A DNA stretch of 37,292 nt from a virus (taxonomy: Duplodnaviria; Caudoviricetes), in the IMG/VR virus record IMGVR_UViG_3300036833_000266, positions 1-37,292 of that record; one strand, 5' to 3'. Positions 1-8,377 of the stretch are shown here, piece by piece; within the stretch, counting starts at the first letter, position 1, and each line of letters starts with the position of its first letter. The notes under the pieces were generated by a model. The model did not search any database, had not been told where the DNA came from, and saw only the letters and a program-made list of their open reading frames with translations. Both the position numbers and the translations under genes were made by a program.

Positions 1-1
1 G

Positions 2-238
2 TTTAGCGGGTTGGGCAAACCGTCCATGAGCCAGTTTCATTTAGGCGGCTCAATTGGAAATCTGCGACACATGCACAGCGGCGGCGGCATTTCGTCTGGC
101 TCACTCCGACAAGGTGACGTTCATGTTCATAACTACACGGATCTTAATGCCCTGGTAAAAGAAATGGCTTCGCGCAAGGGCCGCAACATCATTGTAGACA
201 CCGTGCGCGGGAATCGAATCGAACTGGGAATGAGATGA
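2..238 (+). CDS. C-terminal fragment of tail tape measure protein (runs off left edge)
   Basis: Frame open from base 2; FHxGG...HSGG followed by 'VHVHNY...IIVDTV' resembles TMP C-termini; directly upstream of tail-tip genes with ATGA overlap. Confidence 0.6.
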   Translation, partial: FSGLGKPSMSQFHLGGSIGNLRHMHSGGGISSGSLRQGDVHVHNYTDLNALVKEMASRKGRNIIVDTVRGNRIELGMR

Positions 239-2343
239 TCGCGCGGATAATCACTTACGCTAACCAAGACGTCGGGCTGTTGGTTGCGCAACCTAACTGG
301 GCATCCACCGTAACAGTCACTCTCGAGTTACCCACCGATATTGCAAAAGACCTCATCACTTTCAACGAGAGTCGACGCGCGTTTGCCCAGAGTTCGCGTT
401 ATTCAATGAAATGGTCGAGTTACATGTCCAACGCTGCAGATGCCAAGGAACTGCGCATTTTTCTTAGCCGGATCCGTGGCGAAACCGTAGCCGTTCCTCT
501 TTGGCCTGACGGTTGCGAGCTCACAAACAGCATCCCCATAGGCGCGACGTCAATAGCCTTGCTGGATGTTCCGGTCCGGTTCGGCTCGTTCTGGATTATC
601 GCCAATAGCGACTTTTCAACCTGGGAAATTGTCACTGGAACACTGACCGCTGGAGTTTCAACCGGAACATTCAGCCTCACTCCAGGGGTCCACAATGCAT
701 GGCCGGCCGGAACGATCATGTACCCTTTGCTTTTTGGATATTTAAGCGAGCGACCGAAACCCGAATCGATCACCGACGAAACGATGGAAGTCGATCTTAC
801 AATAAAGGAAAGCTCAAACTTTGTTTCCAGAGTGACTCCGCGATCAGCATCTCTTCCGGTCGTCGGTCTGCACATCGCGGCATTTGCTTCCACACCGCTC
901 TTTGATGTCCAGCCAAACTTTTCAAAGCCACTGGATTGGACGGAACAGCCAGACATCATTTACGAAGACATAGGATTTCTTCGAACCAGCCAGCAGCGCG
1001 TGTTCGATCATCGCAATCGGCGCGGACTGGAGATGGAATTTTACCAGTCGACACGGGAAGACGCTTCGCGCGTCGAACGGTTCTGGCGCACTCAGCGCGG
1101 TCCGGTATTGCGATTTATGATTCCGACATGGCGCGGCGACATGCGCATGAGTGGCGACACGCCTGTCGCGATAAGTCCAAGGAACATCCCCATTGAGCCG
1201 AGCGAATTCGTCGATCCCGGCCGGGAAGCGCAACCAGGCGATCCTTTCGTAGCTCTCATTGGTCCTGATAACTCGATCGATCCATACCAATTGACAACCA
1301 CAAACCAGTCGCCGCCGACTTTAGTGGCAACGATTGGCGTAGGAACGCACACTGCGACCAACACTATTTTGAGTTGTCTCCTTCTGGCACGTTTCCAAGA
1401 TCCGAAGTTGCAATGGGATTACACCACACCATACCTGGCGACTACCAAACTGAAATTTGTCGAGCTATCGCACGAATACCAGAACCCGCCGGATCCATTG
1501 CCAGAGCCGGCGTATCTTTTCGGTTTCGTGGAAACTGATGTCGCCATCTCCAAGTTCACCTCTTACGAAAACTCGATCTCAATAGCCACCGGAGTATTGG
1601 CTGGCGTATGGACACCTGCGCCGTTCTCATTCGATAAGGTAAAGACCGGCCTGAAACTGGATCAGGAAAAACTCGATTTTAAAAGCTTTCCTTTCCCTGG
1701 CAATCCGTTGGGCAAGATGTTTCCATTTGCCCTTGATGGGTCACTCACACTTTTCGTTTACGAGGTCGATGCCCGTAATCCACGCTCCGAGACAGCGGTC
1801 GAACGCTTTTACGGCGATGTCTGGAGCGTGGACGGCGATTACAAGGCAACAGCAATAGCGTTCGGCAATTTGTTCGAGAGAAAGTTTCCTCGCTTCCTTC
1901 TGATGACCAGCGACAACTACGTCCAGTTTGCTCCTCCTACGCATTTGCCAGCATCAGCATTCATGATGACTGGAAAAGTCGCCTCAGTTAACGCCGGCGA
2001 TCCGCAGATAATCACAGTCTCAGGAACAGCCGCCACCCAACCAGACGATTGGTTTGCCGGCGGCTGGCTGGAAAGCTCTACTGGCTTTGGATTAAACTTT
2101 GAACGGCGCGGGATTCTTCACTCTAGCGGATCAACATTCCATCTCGACCGGCCACTTCTTAAAATTCCACTGGGACAACAGCTATCGTTTAATTTCTATC
2201 CCGGTTACGATGGCTCGAGAGATCAATGCGAGGCCAAGTTCAATAACCTGATCAATTATGGCGGCCATCCCTTCGTTCCAAATGTGAATCCAGCGGTAAA
2301 AGCGATGAAAGCCAAACAGGTGTCAGGAGGCAAAAAAGGATGA
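235..2343 (+). CDS. Distal tail (Dit-like) / baseplate hub fusion, C-terminal DUF2163/BR0599-like domain
   Basis: Two repeated Dit-like segments (...RG..V.VPLW and ...RGP..RF..PTW); C-terminal 'DDWFAGGWL...YPGYDG..DQCEAKFNNLINYGGHPFVP..NP' matches the BR0599 end; lies between TMP and NlpC/P60. Confidence 0.75.
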   Translation: MIARIITYANQDVGLLVAQPNWASTVTVTLELPTDIAKDLITFNESRRAFAQSSRYSMKWSSYMSNAADAKELRIFLSRIRGETVAVPLWPDGCELTNSIPIGATSIALLDVPVRFGSFWIIANSDFSTWEIVTGTLTAGVSTGTFSLTPGVHNAWPAGTIMYPLLFGYLSERPKPESITDETMEVDLTIKESSNFVSRVTPRSASLPVVGLHIAAFASTPLFDVQPNFSKPLDWTEQPDIIYEDIGFLRTSQQRVFDHRNRRGLEMEFYQSTREDASRVERFWRTQRGPVLRFMIPTWRGDMRMSGDTPVAISPRNIPIEPSEFVDPGREAQPGDPFVALIGPDNSIDPYQLTTTNQSPPTLVATIGVGTHTATNTILSCLLLARFQDPKLQWDYTTPYLATTKLKFVELSHEYQNPPDPLPEPAYLFGFVETDVAISKFTSYENSISIATGVLAGVWTPAPFSFDKVKTGLKLDQEKLDFKSFPFPGNPLGKMFPFALDGSLTLFVYEVDARNPRSETAVERFYGDVWSVDGDYKATAIAFGNLFERKFPRFLLMTSDNYVQFAPPTHLPASAFMMTGKVASVNAGDPQIITVSGTAATQPDDWFAGGWLESSTGFGLNFERRGILHSSGSTFHLDRPLLKIPLGQQLSFNFYPGYDGSRDQCEAKFNNLINYGGHPFVPNVNPAVKAMKAKQVSGGKKG

Positions 2344-2921
2344 ACGAATCTTATTTCGATGATCCATTAAAAGCGAGAAAACTTCGCGAGGAAGCACTCT
2401 CCTGGATCGGGACGCCTTTTCAGGAATACTACCAGGACGAGTTCGAAGCCGGCCGCGCACAAGCCGAGGCTCTCGGCATCACTGTCGACGCCAAGGGCGC
2501 AGGCATTGATTGCATAGGACTGGCACAAGAAATCTTGTACCGCATCGGAGCCACAGACAAGTGGGCATTCCCGCGTGAGCCGGCTGATTACCAGTCTCAC
2601 AAGCTGGGTGATCGCGTTTTAGATTGGTTGCGAGGCAAAGTCGATGATCCGCAAAGCAAGCTTTTGTCGGAAATCTTTGTGGAACTCGAGGTGCCTGAGA
2701 TCGTCAGGGATCCTGACGCAGTGACACCGCGAAATTTCTTTAAGCCTGGGGATGTCCTTATTCTGCGCCACGGCGAACTCTTCCACATGCCGATCATTTA
2801 CGATAACGATTTGCATTTCGTAAACGCGCTGCCGCGCGTCGGGGTAGTAGAAGGAACGATTCAGGATTCCAGCTATTCGATCCATCTTGTGGCAGCTTTC
2901 CGCTTAAAGCCGAAACCATGA
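2340..2921 (+). CDS. NlpC/P60 (C40) tail-associated peptidase
   Basis: 'EALSWIGTPF...GIDCIGL...KPGDVLIL...FHMPII...FVNA': catalytic Cys and His present; usual position in GTA/lambda-like tail tips. Confidence 0.88.
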   Translation: MNESYFDDPLKARKLREEALSWIGTPFQEYYQDEFEAGRAQAEALGITVDAKGAGIDCIGLAQEILYRIGATDKWAFPREPADYQSHKLGDRVLDWLRGKVDDPQSKLLSEIFVELEVPEIVRDPDAVTPRNFFKPGDVLILRHGELFHMPIIYDNDLHFVNALPRVGVVEGTIQDSSYSIHLVAAFRLKPKP

Positions 2922-5599
2922 GCTTTTTCGCTAACACAGCACCACAGCAACAGGTCAAGAAAGTTCTTGCCAACATCTCCGAGGACGCGCTCAACAGCAA
3001 TCAGCAAGCAGTTCCTGTTCCTTATCTGGCTGGCCGCGCTTATGTGACCGGAGCCTACATCACGCCAGCGTACAACCCGAAAGCGGTACCTATCAAAACC
3101 CAGGGCGGCAAGGGAAGCAGCAGCCAGACGACCGACTACAAGTATTACGCGGATTTCGCGCTCATGTTTTGCATGGGCGGCCGCCGGCCCGTGGACGCAA
3201 TTCGCACTGTCGTCATGGACAGCGAGGTGCTCTGGAGCGGCAACGTCCAAAGAGGCACAGCAGAAAAAGAAGTCATCACTGTAGCAGGAGCTCAAGGTGG
3301 CGACCAGGGAATGATTCATCTCTACTGGGGCAGTGAAACCCAGCCCATAGACGGAGTGCTTTTAACTCCGCGCGGCGTAGCAACTGGCTCAATCGATCCC
3401 ACCGATTCGACTACGTTCCCGCCAGCACCGGCCGGTACAGGCGGACAGACTTTCAAGAACTTTGCTGCCGGCGACGTCAACCCGTTTAGCGGTCATTACG
3501 ACAAGCATCCGGCTTACCGCGGCCAGTGTTATGCGGTCTTTAAGAACTGGAAACTGGGCCGCGGCCGCACCAGTGTTCCTAACATAATTTTCGAACTGGT
3601 GCGCGGGTGTCCCGCCCCGTGGATAACCGGCGGCACCAGTCCCGGCTTTGATGTCGCAACTGATCAGGGCGTTAACCCAGCCGCAATCCTCTATGACTGG
3701 CTCACCGACACGCGCTTCGGAATGGGGCTATCTGATTCTCAACTGGATCTTACTTCTTTCAAAAACCTCTACTACACGCTTGACGGAATTTTCGCAAGGC
3801 TCTCGCCTGTTATCACTCAACAAAACGATTTTCGCCAGACCGTGGCGAACCTGCTGGAGTATTACGATGGCTGGATCCGCAACAATGGCGGCCAGATCCA
3901 GGTCGGTCTTTTTTCGCATGGCACAATTACTTCCAGCGGGACCCTGACCGATGACGATCTTCTGGGCAATCCCGCACTGACTCCGACAGGCTGGGGACCG
4001 ACCATGAACGAGGTGTCAATCGTTTACCAGGATCGGCTTCACCATTTTAACACCTACGCCCAAAGCTATCGCGATCCCAACAATTTCCGCATAACCGGCA
4101 CTCCGCGGCCCACGGTCTTGCAACGATCATGGATCACCGATGCCAACCAGGCCAAGCATTATGCGAGAGAATACGGTGCCATCCTTGCCCTCCCTGATAC
4201 CACAGGCCAGCTTGTAGTTAAACGAGAATGGCTCACTAACAATCATATCCTGCCTGGAAACGTCTTTCTTTACAACTCGGCCTATTACAGTCTTTCTTTT
4301 TACCTGCGCCTGCTGGAAGTCGAACACGACGCAGACAGTTCCGCCAAAGCCACCATGACAGTCCAGTTGGAACGCGCCAAGTGGCCTTCCTTATATATCC
4401 CGCCAGGATTCCAGGGTCCAGGCGGCTTTGTCCTCGGGCCTCGCGCAATCTGGGAATCCCGCGTGACAGAGGTCCCATACCTGCTGACTAATCATGCTTT
4501 CCTGACCCAGATCGTCTGCCTTGCAGTACAAGGCAACGTGGAGGTCATGGGTTACCGGATCTGGGCAAGCTTTGACAACGGCGCGACTTACGATTGCTTA
4601 GCCAACACGAACAACTTCGGGGCATTCGGGATTCTTGCGTATGCTCTTGGCGCAGGGACCAACAGCGGCTGGTTTTACGTCTACGGGCCTAACCATGACC
4701 AGATCGTCCAATCGCAAACCAATACCCAGGGACTGGACGACACGCTCCTTTGCTTTATCGACGCAGAAGTGTACTCCCTGACAACTGTGTTTTCCTACGG
4801 AGGTGGTCTTAAACTTATATACATGTATCCCGGCCGGCTAGGCACAACTAAGGCGACCCACGCAGTCAATGCCCAGGCATTTTTCATTCCCCGTTCCCTT
4901 CTTCATATTCTAGACAACGCCGGATTTGCTCCTGGCGCGACTGTGTTGTTCAAGCTCCAGCCTTTCACCGCCGACACCGACTATGACCTCACCACAGTGA
5001 CCCCGATCTCTTATCTTGTGAGCGGCTGGGCTCCATTACAGCCTCCGGTCTTTTCACCGCCGCCTGGACCATTCGTAGGATCGCTCTTCGTGTACGCGAC
5101 CGCTGCTCCCGGCACAACCATGCACTACACGCGCGATGGAACACAACCCGGTTTCGGTTCTCCGATCTGGGGAACAGCCCCGCTCAACGTCACTACAACT
5201 ATCACGCTAAGGATCATTGCCGTCACGCAGGACGGTCGCCAGTCGGGCGAGCGCATTGCTACCTATACCAAGGTTCAGCAAATCCCTGGACAACCAGCCC
5301 CAGGAGTACAGTGCGCCCAGCCGCACTGGAGTTTTAGCGGCAACCAGCATTATACCGCAGGTAACCTTACCCTCACCCCTGTCACAGCCGGCTCAACCAT
5401 CCATTACGCTTTGAACTCTGGAACCACCCACACTTACGCTGGTCCAATACCGCTAGCCTCCAATCCAACAGGCGATATTGTCGAGTATTGGGCTAGCCTG
5501 GCAGGACTGGACGATTCGCCTCATGGCTTTTTTAGTAACACAAAAAACACACCTGGCGGCGGCGGCACATCAGGATTTCCGCCACAACTTCCACCTTGA
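2918..5599 (+). CDS. Central tail tip / host-specificity protein (gpJ/Phage-tail_3-like) with two C-terminal Fn3-associated (CHB_HEX_C-like) domains
   Basis: 'PAYRGQCYAVF..WKLG.G.TSVPNI.FE', 'NPAAILYDWLTD..FGMG', 'GRLGT..A.H'; C-terminal 'PPVFSPPPG...HYTRDGTQP...LRIIAV' and a second similar unit. Confidence 0.85.
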   Translation: MSFFANTAPQQQVKKVLANISEDALNSNQQAVPVPYLAGRAYVTGAYITPAYNPKAVPIKTQGGKGSSSQTTDYKYYADFALMFCMGGRRPVDAIRTVVMDSEVLWSGNVQRGTAEKEVITVAGAQGGDQGMIHLYWGSETQPIDGVLLTPRGVATGSIDPTDSTTFPPAPAGTGGQTFKNFAAGDVNPFSGHYDKHPAYRGQCYAVFKNWKLGRGRTSVPNIIFELVRGCPAPWITGGTSPGFDVATDQGVNPAAILYDWLTDTRFGMGLSDSQLDLTSFKNLYYTLDGIFARLSPVITQQNDFRQTVANLLEYYDGWIRNNGGQIQVGLFSHGTITSSGTLTDDDLLGNPALTPTGWGPTMNEVSIVYQDRLHHFNTYAQSYRDPNNFRITGTPRPTVLQRSWITDANQAKHYAREYGAILALPDTTGQLVVKREWLTNNHILPGNVFLYNSAYYSLSFYLRLLEVEHDADSSAKATMTVQLERAKWPSLYIPPGFQGPGGFVLGPRAIWESRVTEVPYLLTNHAFLTQIVCLAVQGNVEVMGYRIWASFDNGATYDCLANTNNFGAFGILAYALGAGTNSGWFYVYGPNHDQIVQSQTNTQGLDDTLLCFIDAEVYSLTTVFSYGGGLKLIYMYPGRLGTTKATHAVNAQAFFIPRSLLHILDNAGFAPGATVLFKLQPFTADTDYDLTTVTPISYLVSGWAPLQPPVFSPPPGPFVGSLFVYATAAPGTTMHYTRDGTQPGFGSPIWGTAPLNVTTTITLRIIAVTQDGRQSGERIATYTKVQQIPGQPAPGVQCAQPHWSFSGNQHYTAGNLTLTPVTAGSTIHYALNSGTTHTYAGPIPLASNPTGDIVEYWASLAGLDDSPHGFFSNTKNTPGGGGTSGFPPQLPP

Positions 5600-5644
5600 C
5601 GAAGAACGAGAGCCATGCTAAAAAGTCACAAGGTTAAGGCTCAG

Positions 5645-5677
5645 AAAACAAAAGGTGGGGCGCACTCGCGCCCCACC
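5645..5677 (-). terminator. Rho-independent terminator of the leftward moron
   Basis: Perfect 10-bp stem GGTGGGGCGC/GCGCCCCACC (5654-5677), 4-nt loop, followed on minus strand by TTTTGTTTT, just after the stop at 5687. Confidence 0.85.
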
Positions 5678-5686
5678 CCTCGATGT

Positions 5687-5902
5687 TTAGGCTTTTTTGC
5701 CCAGTCCGCAATAGACTTCGGTTTCCCAGTTCCGAATAAATGCACATCCCGTGCAGTCTACGAAGTAATCACCTTTCGAGTTGTCCTTATGCGGACTGTG
5801 AATGATGCTTACCTGTTCCAGCGATCTCTCTCGCCTAACCCATTTGCGAGCTTCCTGCTCTGTCTTAAACGAGTGCTGAATCATGTTAGTCAGTGTGGTC
5901 AT
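5687..5902 (-). CDS. Hypothetical protein (71 aa), moron gene 2
   Basis: Starts 2 nt after the upstream ORF stop and is followed by a terminator. Confidence 0.7.
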   Translation of the reverse strand: MTTLTNMIQHSFKTEQEARKWVRRERSLEQVSIIHSPHKDNSKGDYFVDCTGCAFIRNWETEVYCGLGKKA

Positions 5903-5904
5903 AG

Positions 5905-6072
5905 TTATTTCACATCCTTCCAGTTTTCTACTTCCAGGCGCAGTTTGTCCTGCTTGGCTTTTACTGCTGCAAGGAATTGCGCCAGCTTTTCCTTTTTCTT
6001 AAACCTGGCCCGACCCAACGCCGCTTGCGCGGATGGACTCTGCCACCATTTACTTAGTTGCGTGTTATTCAC
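5905..6072 (-). CDS. Small basic helical protein (55 aa, GTG start; not in ORF track), moron gene 1
   Basis: Hand translation MNNTQLSKWWQSPSAQAALGRARFKKKEKLAQFLAAVKAKQDKLRLEVENWKDVK; start lies 5 nt after an extended -10. Confidence 0.65.
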   Translation of the reverse strand: MNNTQLSKWWQSPSAQAALGRARFKKKEKLAQFLAAVKAKQDKLRLEVENWKDVK

Positions 6073-6077
6073 GCCTA

Positions 6078-6132
6078 ACTATACCACACTCATACTCGTT
6101 AGACCGTCGTGTTATTGCCTTGGCCTAACGAG
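6078..6132 (-). promoter_or_regulatory. Extended -10 leaderless promoter with upstream inverted repeat
   Basis: Minus strand TG-G-TATAGT (6078-6086); inverted repeat ACTCGTTAGACC (6094-6105) / GGCCTAACGAGT (6122-6133), one mismatch. Confidence 0.55.
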
Positions 6133-6225
6133 TCTACGAGGGAAAAAAATAATCACTTGACAAGCTTTTGCACCAATGAGCTTTTCAACCAAAGCTAACA
6201 AATAACCACGGAAAGGAGGTGCAAC

Positions 6226-6396
6226 ATGCCACTGAAACACAGCGCAAAGAAAGCAGTAGTCAGCCAGAACATCAAAGAGTTCCATACCGGCAAGACCTTC
6301 GCTGCGACTAAAGCTAAGTTCGGGAAAGCCAAAGCCGACAAACAAGCCGTTGCCGCAGCACTGGAAACCCAACGACAAGCAAGGAGAAAAAAATGA
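6226..6396 (+). CDS. Small basic phage protein (56 aa; not in ORF track)
   Basis: Strong SD AAAGGAGGT; MPLKHSAKKAVVSQNIKEF...KQAVAAAL..QR resembles the common 'MPLK..S...IS.NI.E...KQAVAIA' small phage proteins; ATGA overlap with next gene. Confidence 0.8.
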   Translation: MPLKHSAKKAVVSQNIKEFHTGKTFAATKAKFGKAKADKQAVAAALETQRQARRKK

Positions 6397-6587
6397 CACC
6401 CAAAGATCGAATCGCATTTGTGATCGTCGCCGGATTAATAGGCTGGGGCGCACTCACCATTGTGGGACTCTGGTTCACTCACAAAAGCCTGACCGATGCC
6501 GGCGGCGAAATCTTCGTAGCTATCGCCGGCGGACTACTCTCCGCTCTGGGTGGCTACTTCGCTGTCCGCAACGGAAAAGGACCATGA
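6393..6587 (+). CDS. Putative holin (2 TM helices)
   Basis: 64 aa, two hydrophobic stretches, basic C-terminus, directly upstream of the putative lytic enzyme. Confidence 0.6.
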   Translation: MTPKDRIAFVIVAGLIGWGALTIVGLWFTHKSLTDAGGEIFVAIAGGLLSALGGYFAVRNGKGP

Positions 6588-6594
6588 CCACAAA

Positions 6595-7080
6595 ATGAAG
6601 CTCCTAACGCCGCCAGAGTCAGAACTCACAATCCTCTTGACTATCGCCAAGGTCAACATCCTCTCCAACAACGACGGCACCTACGTCCAGTTCATTTCTG
6701 ACCTGGACGTTTGCAATGATGGCAGCGGCCCAGCACATGGTGATAAGCACCACAAAGCGCAAACTGCTTACTACAACAACGGGTCATATCTCAACGCCGA
6801 TGTAGACAAATACATCGTTACCCCGCCACAGGTCCGCAAACAGGTGCCGCCTGTGGTGATGGGTTGCCACGGACGGGTCACCAACCTGAAAACGGGCGTA
6901 AAACATGACGGCGTCATCGGCGACGTAGGACCTGCTAACAAAACCGGCGAATGCGCCTATTGCCTCGCCAAAATTATTAATCCAAAGATCACCCACAACA
7001 CGGGCGATTCCAACAAGATCTATCTCTACGAGTTTTGGCCTGGGATCGCCGCGCCGGGATACAAACTGCAACCGGCTTGA
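6595..7080 (+). CDS. Glycoside hydrolase family 75 (chitosanase-like) protein, putative endolysin
   Basis: 'DLDVCNDG...QTAY...LNAD...YIV.P...GVIGDVGP.NK.GE.AY.LA' follows the GH75 pattern including the Asp (GD.GP) and Glu (GE) catalytic positions; start taken at ATG 6595. Confidence 0.75.
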   Translation: MKLLTPPESELTILLTIAKVNILSNNDGTYVQFISDLDVCNDGSGPAHGDKHHKAQTAYYNNGSYLNADVDKYIVTPPQVRKQVPPVVMGCHGRVTNLKTGVKHDGVIGDVGPANKTGECAYCLAKIINPKITHNTGDSNKIYLYEFWPGIAAPGYKLQPA

Positions 7081-7087
7081 ACCCCTG

Positions 7088-7303
7088 ATGACAAACAATC
7101 ACATGACTACTGAGGGCAAGATCGCCGCTATCCAGGCTATCCTCAACGTCGAGGTCACTGGCCTTTGGAACGACAATACCCAGGCCGCTTTCGAAACCCT
7201 CCTCAACCTCGAGTCCGTCAAAGCTGCCTACATGCGAGGTATGAAAGACGAATATGAACGACTCAGAAATGCCAACCAGCTTGTCAAAACCGATCTGATA
7301 TAA
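7088..7303 (+). CDS. Small protein with peptidoglycan-binding-like motif
   Basis: 'IAAIQAILNVEVTGLWNDNTQAAF' resembles the PG_binding_1 repeat (IQ..LG...DG.WG..T.AA). Confidence 0.55.
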   Translation: MTNNHMTTEGKIAAIQAILNVEVTGLWNDNTQAAFETLLNLESVKAAYMRGMKDEYERLRNANQLVKTDLI

Positions 7304-7326
7304 ACAAAAAACCCAACCCAACCATT

Positions 7327-7458
7327 ATGAAACCTCAACTCATCCTCACTGTAATCGCTATGCTCATGGCCGCAGGCTCCTACGTCTATCCTCAACTCCT
7401 CGGCGCATCCGTCGTCCTCCTCGGTGCCGCCATCCTCACTACTCATCTCGCCCACTAA
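7327..7458 (+). CDS. 43-aa two-TM membrane peptide (holin/antiholin candidate; not in ORF track)
   Basis: MKPQLILTVIAMLMAAGSYVYPQLLGASVVLLGAAILTTHLAH; A/C-rich leader; last gene of lysis cluster. Confidence 0.6.
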   Translation: MKPQLILTVIAMLMAAGSYVYPQLLGASVVLLGAAILTTHLAH

Positions 7459-7466
7459 AATACACC

Positions 7467-7547
7467 TGTTGCGCTACATTGTTGCGCTACATGTGTTGCA
7501 CAACAATTCTGTTGCGCTACACTGTTGCGCTACACTGTTGCGCTACA
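7467..7547. repeat. Array of six 12-bp quasi-palindromes TGTTGCGCTACA
   Basis: Exact copies at 7467, 7480, 7510, 7523, 7536 and variant TGTTGCACAACA at 7494. Confidence 0.95.
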
Positions 7548-7864
7548 TGATCGAAACCGAAGATTCTCTCCGCGAATTCCAACAGCGCACCGGCCGTTCC
7601 ATCTCCTCTCCCAATACCAATTTGCCTGCCGTGCCTGTGCCAGCCGACAAAGCCGAGTCCAATCATACGCCCAGGGACCACTCTGCAAGCGTGAATGACA
7701 GTATCGGCTGCGAAGCGCGAGAGGCATCAGCCCGAAGACCGGAGCATGTAAGGGAACCGGACTCCCGCGGCGGCAGGCATCCCAAATCTCGCGCCTCTTA
7801 CTTCCGCCACTACCGCAAACGCCCACGCTTCTGCCCTCATTGCCGACTCCTACTTAACCCTTAG
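7547..7864 (+). CDS. Hypothetical protein with basic C-terminus and CPHC motif
   Basis: ATG overlaps the last repeat unit; ends 'RHYRKRPRFCPHC'. Confidence 0.5.
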   Translation: MIETEDSLREFQQRTGRSISSPNTNLPAVPVPADKAESNHTPRDHSASVNDSIGCEAREASARRPEHVREPDSRGGRHPKSRASYFRHYRKRPRFCPHCRLLLNP

Positions 7865-7876
7865 AGCAACAGCACA

Positions 7877-8377
7877 ATGAGCGACTTATCACACGGTCAA
7901 TTCGACGCAGAATTGTCAGCCGCCAAAATGCAGCACCTTTGGAGAGCCAGACAATCCAGACACGGCTCTTGGGACCTCTACTTCGGTGACAAACTGCTGG
8001 CCGCAGATTTAACCGAGAATCAAGCAAGGCAGATCACAGAGGTCCTGCAGCAGCGCGACGAAAATGGCGATACGAAATACGATCGCGCATGGCAAGCAGC
8101 ACAGCGCAGAGCCGAAGTAGCGCAGCAGCGTTGCGAGCGGTTGGAGCAGGACTTAAAAGGCGAATTGGCAAACGGAACTACACTATTTCGCCAACTTGTG
8201 ACCGCAGAGCAGCGTTGCAAGCGGTTGCTGGTAGCGATGAAAGACGCTGCTTTCGAGATTCAGCGGGAGAGGTCGTCTTCAGCATTAAATATTCTAGAAG
8301 CCGCAATCGCAGCAGAACAGGAGGGGGAATGTGAACCACCTCTTCTTACGCACAACACGGATAACCACAAATCCTAG
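7877..8377 (+). CDS. Hypothetical coiled-coil protein
   Basis: 166 aa, internal repeat AQQRCERL / AEQRCKRL. Confidence 0.65.
   Translation: MSDLSHGQFDAELSAAKMQHLWRARQSRHGSWDLYFGDKLLAADLTENQARQITEVLQQRDENGDTKYDRAWQAAQRRAEVAQQRCERLEQDLKGELANGTTLFRQLVTAEQRCKRLLVAMKDAAFEIQRERSSSALNILEAAIAAEQEGECEPPLLTHNTDNHKS

Noticed and set aside
5615-6160. 181-aa plus-strand ORF
   Set aside because: It is the shadow of the minus-strand moron, which has a promoter, coupled ORFs and a terminator.
6157-6186. Sigma70 promoter for the lysis cassette
   Set aside because: TTGACA is present but no acceptable -10 at 16-18 bp.
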